This document shows, in pieces, positions 55,940-64,000 of a stretch of DNA of 64,000 bases. Origin of the DNA: Eledone cirrhosa (taxonomy: Eukaryota); contig OZ024743.1 in NCBI GenBank assembly GCA_964016885.1, positions 319,362,001-319,426,000 of the forward strand. Direction: 5' to 3'. The position numbers were made by a program, and so were the translations under genes. The notes below the pieces were generated by a model. The model was not told where the DNA came from. It ran no database searches and saw nothing but the letters and a program-made list of their open reading frames with translations. Position 1 is the stretch's first letter, and each line of letters starts with the position of its first letter.

Positions 55940-57630
55940 TGAAAAAGAACAAAGGAACTATTATGACATTATAACAAGTTTATTGCCGACAGCCGTTTCG
56001 TCCGACCCCATGGTGGGACTTATCAAGGCATATAACAAGTGATTGCAAGATCATTGTTTACATCAACGTATCACTCAAGGCTAGCAGTTTGAAATTGTTG
56101 TATACATCAGCAACTCCGCTTTAAGGGGGGCTCTTTTATATTAGTTGTCGGGGTCAGGGATTGAAGTTTAAAAATTAGACAAAAATATATAATTTACGCA
56201 TCAACATTAAACCAAAAGACTTGGGGTCCCGTAGAAGCACCTCAGAAAATCCCTCAATGAGTGCATAAAGCTTACAGGCTCCAATAAACCTATTAGTCTA
56301 GAAGAAAATTAAGAGGCTAATAAAATAAAAATATAAAGTTTCCCTAAAAAATATATAAAGTTCCTATGAAATTTCTTCTAGAGAAAAAAATTTTTTTACG
56401 AAAGAAAAAAATTTCTTCCCCCGAGATCACGTTTACAAAATTCAGAAAACTGAATTGAAAACTAGGTTGAAAGAAACTAATCAATTAGAGGTTAATTCAG
56501 AGAGCCTTCCATAAATCTCTCAGAAAAGGCCCCTTTAATATTTCCAATAGGAACTTCTTCCGAGAGACCCTTCGAAGAATTAAAATTTTAGAGAGCCTTT
56601 AAGGATAAATATAAAAACGAATTGAGGAAAATTATACATTAAAAGTTAAAAATTAAAAATTAAAAATTACGGTATTTGGGATATCCGAGGAATTTTCAAA
56701 GGGCTGCTTCAACAGATACAACTTAGGCATAATAGATACAATAATCTAAGCAATTTAAGTAATTTAATTAGGGAGCAATCAAGGAGTTTATCAAGTTGGG
56801 CAAGATTAAAGAAAGTGGTAACTAAGAAAATACATAAGCAAAAAGACAATAATCATAAAATGTATCCTTAAGAAGGTATAAGGTAGCTTCAGTGATCTAA
56901 CCCTGTATTATCACAAAAAAACATTCTAAAATTATTGATACAGGATTAAAAATTATTACAAAATTATTACAAAATTACCACAAAATCATTACAAAATTAT
57001 CAAATCATCACAAAATTACCACAAAATCATTACAAAATTATCAAATTATCATAAAATTATCGCAAAATGATTACAAAATTATCATAAAATTATTATAAAA
57101 ATATAACAGGATGAACAGTACTGGTGACCGTGTGGGCGCGATATCCATTCTGCCTATGCAGTCCCCTGCATAGCTCCAGGCACGATATCCACTAGGCGTA
57201 AGCAGTCATCTGCATAGCTCCAGGCGCAGCTGGTCTTGTTTAAACGTTCATAGATCACCTGGGGTTCACTATTATCTGCGTGGACCCTCTGGGAGATAAT
57301 AGTGAACCCCAGGTTCAATATAAAAGAGACCCCCTTAAAGCGGAGTTGCTGATGTATACAACAATTTCAAACTGCTAGCCTTGAGTGATACGTTGATGTA
57401 AACAATGATCTTGCAATCACATGTTATATGCCTTGATAAGTCCCACCATGGGGTCGGACGAAACGGCTGTCGGCAATAAACTTGTTATAATGTCATAATA
57501 GTTCCTTTGTTCTTTTTCACTAATATTTCTGCTCTGCGTATACGCATAGAGCTTAACTAGCTACCGTCACATATTTGGTAAGTCAGACGTGATCATCGCG
57601 ATTCACATACGACCTACCATACATCTTACT
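55933..57630 (+). mobile_element. Non-coding Penelope-type element: inverted 5' pLTR, 1.17-kb body, 3' pLTR and tail
   Basis: 210-bp inverted repeats at 55933-56142 and 57317-57526, ~100-nt tail, (TA)n on both flanks. Confidence 0.85.
57429..57475 (+). ncRNA. Hammerhead, U3-A8 core, GUC triplet (mirror copy 55984-56030 on minus strand)
   Basis: TGCC-TTGATAA-GTCC..GGAC-GAAA-CGGCTG-TC-GGCA, then AATAAA. Confidence 0.8.
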
Positions 57631-57808
57631 TATATATATATATATATAGATATATATGTGTGTGTGTGTGTGTTTGTATATATATATATGTATATGTATA
57701 TATATATACACATGTATATATATGTGTTTATATATATATATGTATGTATATATTGTCAGGTCATTTTTGAGTGCTACTGGTAACATGTAGCCCAGTACAA
57801 CCTGTTAC

Positions 57809-60282
57809 ATGGTCGGGACGTCGGTGTCTAAATCGGCAACCCCACCAAGTTTAATTGGTGAGGAGGGTTATTCTGGACACCTAGTAGAACGAAAAACAAA
57901 ACCTAACAAAGGGCATAAGAACTCATAGAGTCAACGGCCATCCAAAAATGTGTAAATTTGTATATACTGTATGGTTGTCGGTGTGTGTAGGATTGATTGC
58001 ACGTTTGTCTGTGTATATATATATATATGTATGTGTATATATTTGGTAAAAGAAAAAAGAAGTTTTTAATTTTTAATAATTTAATTTTCTTTTTCCAATT
58101 TTTAATTTTCATTTTTTTTTTGTGTGTGTGTGCGTGCATACACACGTGCATACACATATATACATATATGTATATGCCCCGAAGATTAAAGTACCAAGTT
58201 AGATCTGGCGCGGGATAGCTTCTCTTAATGAGGGTGGGTGGAGTCTCTCTGAGTCTTTGTTGACAATCCACCTAGTCATGATGTCACGATAAAAAACACT
58301 GGTTTTTGCGTTACCTTACAAACGCTATCTTCCAACATGCCTTGAGCCAGCATGGACGAGTAGGCTCATAAAATCAACATGAAAAAGTCACCTCATAGAT
58401 TCATTGTACAGAGGAGGCTACCTCCGGACCCTCGAAGAGTGAACAGGAGGGAACACCAGTAGCCCAGTATAGAATAGCAAAGACTTAATCCAAAAAACTC
58501 GTTAAATCAGACAAACTTTAGCAAATGTACAACAACATAAAAGAGCTGAATAACCTACCACCCAACAGGTTATATCATGCTATTCTGAAGAAACTAAAGA
58601 CTAAACCAAGAAATCTTAGCTGGGGTATTAAAGATTCAAACGATATTATCCTTACTTCCAAAGATGATATCCTTGAACGCTGGCCTAAATTCTATGAAAA
58701 ACTGTACTTCAGCAACTCAGAACAAACAACCATTCATGATTCGACATCAGATGCCATTCCATCTATTTTAGCTAGCGAGATATCTCATGCCATCAAAAAT
58801 TTGAAGCGAGGAAAAAGCCCTAGACTGGACAATATATACTCAGAATTCATCAAAGCTGGAGCTGAAGCAATTATCAAAGCACTTCAACATCTCTTTAACT
58901 GTATTATCACTACAGGAAAAAGCCCAGACATGTTCAAGAAAGCATTGATAGTTGTACTCTACAAAAAAGGTAGCAAACTTGATTGTGGGAACTATCATCC
59001 TGTCAGCTTACTGAGTCACGTTTACAAGCTTTTCATGATTATCATTGCACACGAGTGAAGTCAGACCTTTACGCCTCATTTCCTGAAACACAAGCTGCAT
59101 ATCAACCTGGTTGAGGCACCATTGAACAGATCCTAGCTATTGAACAAATAATTGAGAAATCAATAGAATTCAACAACACTGTGCACATCACCTTCATTGA
59201 TTTCATAAAAGCTTTTGACAACGTGAAACTACCCAGCTTGTGGCAACTCTTAAACAAGACCTCAATTAAGAAAACATACATCAACCTATTGAAAGAAACT
59301 TACACCAACTCAACAGCATTTATCAAAGCAGACTTGGGAACTACACGCTGTATATACATCTTGAAGGGAGTTAAGCAGGGGGGTGGGTGTACTATCAGCA
59401 CTTCTTTTCTGTATAGTTATAGCTGCACTTATCTACCAAACTGAAGAAGAATGCTCCTCTGGCTATCAAATAGGTGGTAAAATCCTATCAGTTCTTAGCT
59501 ATGCAGACAATCTGGCCATCATGCGTTACTCTAGAACTGATCAGCAAGACTTTCTGAATATACTGGCCAAACATTCGCTGGAGGCTAGCTTACAAATCAA
59601 CATCTCCAAAACTAAATGTATGACAACTGATAAAAACAATGCCAATCTCCAACTCACAATCTACAACCAGCAAATTGCTCAAGTTACAGAGTTTGTGTAT
59701 CTCGGCCACAAACTATCATCAAACAACAACGGAATGGTTGCTGCGCAATATCACATCCCTCTAGGTTGGGCAGCTTTCAACAAGAACAAGGAAGTACTAA
59801 CATCAAAATGAGTTTCCTATCATTTGAAGGCTAAGATCTTTGATACTTACATCCTACCAGTTGAGTTATATGGTCTTGACTGTGTTAATTAGATGACAAG
59901 GTCACTTCAGAAGCTCTCTACATTCCAGGACCACATCATGAGACTTATGACTAGCAAGCGCTTCAGCAACCGTATCTGTATCAGTGAGCTGCTCAACATT
60001 ACCAAACGTAGACCAATTACATCAATTGTCAAGTCAAGAGTACTCAAACTATCCGGCCATATAAAAAGATCAACTGGTGGTGTGAGTAGGTTATGTGGAA
60101 GGAAGGTTGGCTGGTAGGAGAAGCAGCGGCCGGCAGCCAAAACGATGGCTTGACAATGTCAAATTATGGATTGGACTTGATCTGTGTTCTTTGAACTCTG
60201 CTGCTGGTGATCGAACTTTATGGAGATAGATATCACATGTTGATGCGCAGTCTGCAACTGGCGGAGTTTAGTGTCACAAGAA
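57809..60282 (+). mobile_element. RTE-clade LINE: 5' UTR and disrupted RT
   Basis: KSPRLDNI, NYHPVSLLS, FIDFIKAFDNV, GVKQGG, LSYADNL and FVYLG motifs in ORF pieces 58525-60117. Confidence 0.9.
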
Positions 60283-60428
<146 letters not shown>

Positions 60429-60616
60429 GTAGATAAATCTACCAAGAGTTTACGGTAGTGTCCAATCCGTATGAAGAACTCAATGTATTCCGGATATCAT
60501 GGAAAGAAGAGATGTAATGAAAAACCACTTTCGGTGAAAGATAAACGGTATACAGAGTCAAGATAAAATATTAAACAAATAATGAATAAACAATTCCTTA
60601 TATTAAACAAAAAAAG

Positions 60617-60771
60617 TTCATTATTTAACGATCGTTTCTAGGATATATATGTGTTAGAATTGGTATGCATATTCAACAGATCTATGTACAAAATTATACA
60701 AAATTATACAAATTATCAAGATTAAATATACATACCAAACACATATATACGCCGTCTTCAGAAATAATGAA
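60617..60771 (-). ncRNA. Hammerhead with 10-bp stem I and long stem II
   Basis: TTCATTATTT-CTGAAGA-..GTATATATGTGTT..(~85 nt)..AACACATATATAT..-GAAA-CGATCG-TT-AAATAATGAA. Confidence 0.7.
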
Positions 60772-61489
60772 GTATATTTATTGATAATAACAACAATTCA
60801 AAATTTCAGTTCAAAATTGACCAATGAAAACACAAAGGGTTAAATGCAGTTCGGTGTGTGTATATACATGTAAAACCCTTACACATATTTTACAAAAATG
60901 TATGTATAATTTGTATACGCATACTAAAAGGATGGATGCAAATACAAAATTTCAAGGTTAATGTCTCTGTAAGCTTACAATGCGCAGATAAGATGCGCAT
61001 TGATACTTATGAAATCAAGTATATAAATATATTTTTTTCATACTCACACATATCAGTACAATCACACCTACACGCGCGTATATGCATAAATATACACATA
61101 ACCACGAACATACAAACACACACACACCCCCACTCACATTTATATATGTGGATATAAAATCATAAGCACATGGATATTAATTCACTCACATAAAACACTG
61201 GCACACACATTTTTAGATCAAGATACAGAAATTAGGTGGGAGGAGGGGGAGGGGTCAGTATTCAACTGTCTGAGCAAACTGCCTAATATAAATGTATCTA
61301 TAAATTAAGAAAAATAAAAAAATAAAACAATAAAATATAATAAATATAATATAATATACATACACATACAGATATATACACATACATACATGTACACACA
61401 CATAGAAATATTTACGCATACACACATACACACATACATATACAGTCATACACACACATACACTTACACGAACATACACATACACATAT

Positions 61490-62302
<813 letters not shown>

Positions 62303-62460
62303 AAGAATGAATAATAACAGGTAGACATCATAAAAAGGTAATTTATTCCGTGTGCTTACAAGTGTTTCCACGGTGGTACTGAAGCCTAGTTCCGCTACGT
62401 GCAAATTCACAAGTATTTGCAGAACTTATATATATATGTATATGTATATATGTATATATA

Positions 62461-62700
62461 TATAAATATTTCGTATCTCCAAAGAAATACGGTTTTAGGA
62501 AGCCGTAGCTATGCAAACACCGAGGGGCTAACGCGCTCTGGTGATGTGCAGCAGAAACAAGAGGGACAAGCGTCTATGCATTTCAGGCTTAACTGGCCTT
62601 CGTCAGGACGGTCCCTCCCACCGTATTTCTTTGGAGATACGAAATATTTATACATATTGTATAAAGCTATGCTTGAAGCGAAATCCTATTTATTTTGTAG
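62461..62700. mobile_element. Small element with 32-bp inverted ends enclosing an intact hammerhead
   Basis: 62461-62492 is the reverse complement of 62621-62652; TA-rich flanks. Confidence 0.75.
62571..62610 (-). ncRNA. Canonical minimal type-I hammerhead ribozyme
   Basis: CGTC-CTGACGA-AGGC cagttaa GCCT-GAAA-TGCA-TA-GACG: all core bases, stems I and II perfect, palindromic stem III. Confidence 0.85.
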
Positions 62701-62749
62701 ATATATACATATATATATACGTATATATAAATGTTTATATATAAATGTG

Positions 62750-62822
<73 letters not shown>

Positions 62823-62829
<7 letters not shown>

Positions 62830-63072
62830 AGAAAAAAGAGAATCAATGTTGCGACGAAAGGAATTTATTGGACATATTACAAATGTTTCTCGGGCGACCA
62901 GCTCGATGCACGATCGATATGGTGATCACACCCGACTCTGAAATCAACACGGTTGATTCCTTTCGTCGCAACATTGATTCTCTTTTTTCTGTGATATCAT
63001 ACTCTCCCCTACGGGGGCATTAAGTGCTCATACGGCCTACCGCATACGGACGCTCTAAGCATCCAACACCAA

Positions 63073-63073
<1 letters not shown>
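62823..63073. mobile_element. Fold-back element family F5 in (TA)n
   Basis: 42-bp perfect arms (62823-62864 and 62956-62997), 91-nt spacer, ~75-nt tail. Confidence 0.8.
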
Positions 63074-63118
<45 letters not shown>

Positions 63119-63127
63119 GTTTATATA

Positions 63128-64000
63128 CGAGGTGTGTCAGAAGAGTTCCAGGACTGATGTCACAAAAGATTTATTTCAAACACAAACGTCACACTAAGAG
63201 ATTTCTCCTTCAAAGTAATCTCCCTGTAGTCTAATGAACTTTTCCATCCTATTCTGCCACACTTGCATGCACTCCTGGAAGGATTCTTCCGGGATCCTCT
63301 GCAGTTCCGTCGTCACGGCCTTTTTGATGTCGTCCACGTCTTCAAAAAGGGTCCCCCCGGATCGTACTCGAAGATCCATGACTCATCACCGGTAATGACT
63401 GTCCCTAGCAAATCTGGTTCGGTTTCAAGACGCTCGATGATGTCCTGACACACTTGCATGCGTCGACCGTTATGGTTCATCGTTTTGGCACCATCTTGCG
63501 CAAACTTTCCGCATGTCCAAATCTTCAGTGAGAATCTTCCAGACGCTGTTCCGATTCATGCCCAGCTCATTTGCCATCAGTCGAACAGTCAGCCGACGAT
63601 CGCTAAGCACTATCTGCCTGACGCGCTCAAAGTTGACCCCAGTCCTAGTTGTTGAGGGCCTTCCGCTCCTGGGGGTCATCTTGCACCACTAAAAAGCACG
63701 TGAGCGTGACATCGTCTCATCTCCATACACTTGCTGCAGCAATCCCAGTGCTTCTGACAGGGTTTTCCCCAACCGTACCAGAAACTTCAAGTTTGTCGTT
63801 GCTCTGTGCTCATTGCTTGACGACCTGAAACAGAGGACATGTATATAAAATTATGAAGAAAAAAGTTTGATCGCTGCAGAGAGCTAAGATTATAGTTACA
63901 TACTCCAGGGGGATTACTTTGAAGAAGAAAACTCTTAGTGTGACGTTTGGATTTGAAATAAATCTTTCGTGACATCAGTCCTGGAACTTTTCTGACACAC
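63128..64000 (-). mobile_element. Mariner transposon, internally deleted
   Basis: TA then TIR CGAGGTGTGTCAGAA...; matching inverted end at the window edge; PRSGRPST, LSDRRLTVR, MRKVCARW and QGDYFE motifs. Confidence 0.93.

Overview
AT-rich, microsatellite-dense animal non-coding DNA (intron or intergenic). The repeat repertoire looks like an octopus (coleoid cephalopod) genome; this is inferred from recalled SINE sequences and was not checked. I found no convincing host protein-coding gene, and almost all long ORFs in the track are artefacts of (TA)n, (TG)n, (TATG)n and (CAY)n repeats. The window is a mosaic of decayed transposons: two abundant tRNA-type SINE families, RTE-clade LINE fragments, R4/Dong-like restriction-endonuclease LINEs sitting in (TAA)n or (TATG)n, two Penelope-like elements (one Naiad-like), hAT and mariner remnants, a hAT MITE with an 8-bp TSD, a probable Helitron and several minisatellites. 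The most striking signal is a dense set of small non-coding elements embedded in (TA)n arrays. They carry minimal type-I hammerhead ribozyme motifs (about 15-20 motifs from several distinct families, with canonical CUGANGA cores, compensatory U3-A8 cores, palindromic stem III and stem II covariation). They occur as fold-back hairpins with a one-sided tail, as a ~470-bp element with defined ends, and as a 1.35-mer direct repeat. Together they look like a microsatellite-targeted, Penelope-dependent retrozyme-like system. All coordinates were read by eye and may be off by a few bases.
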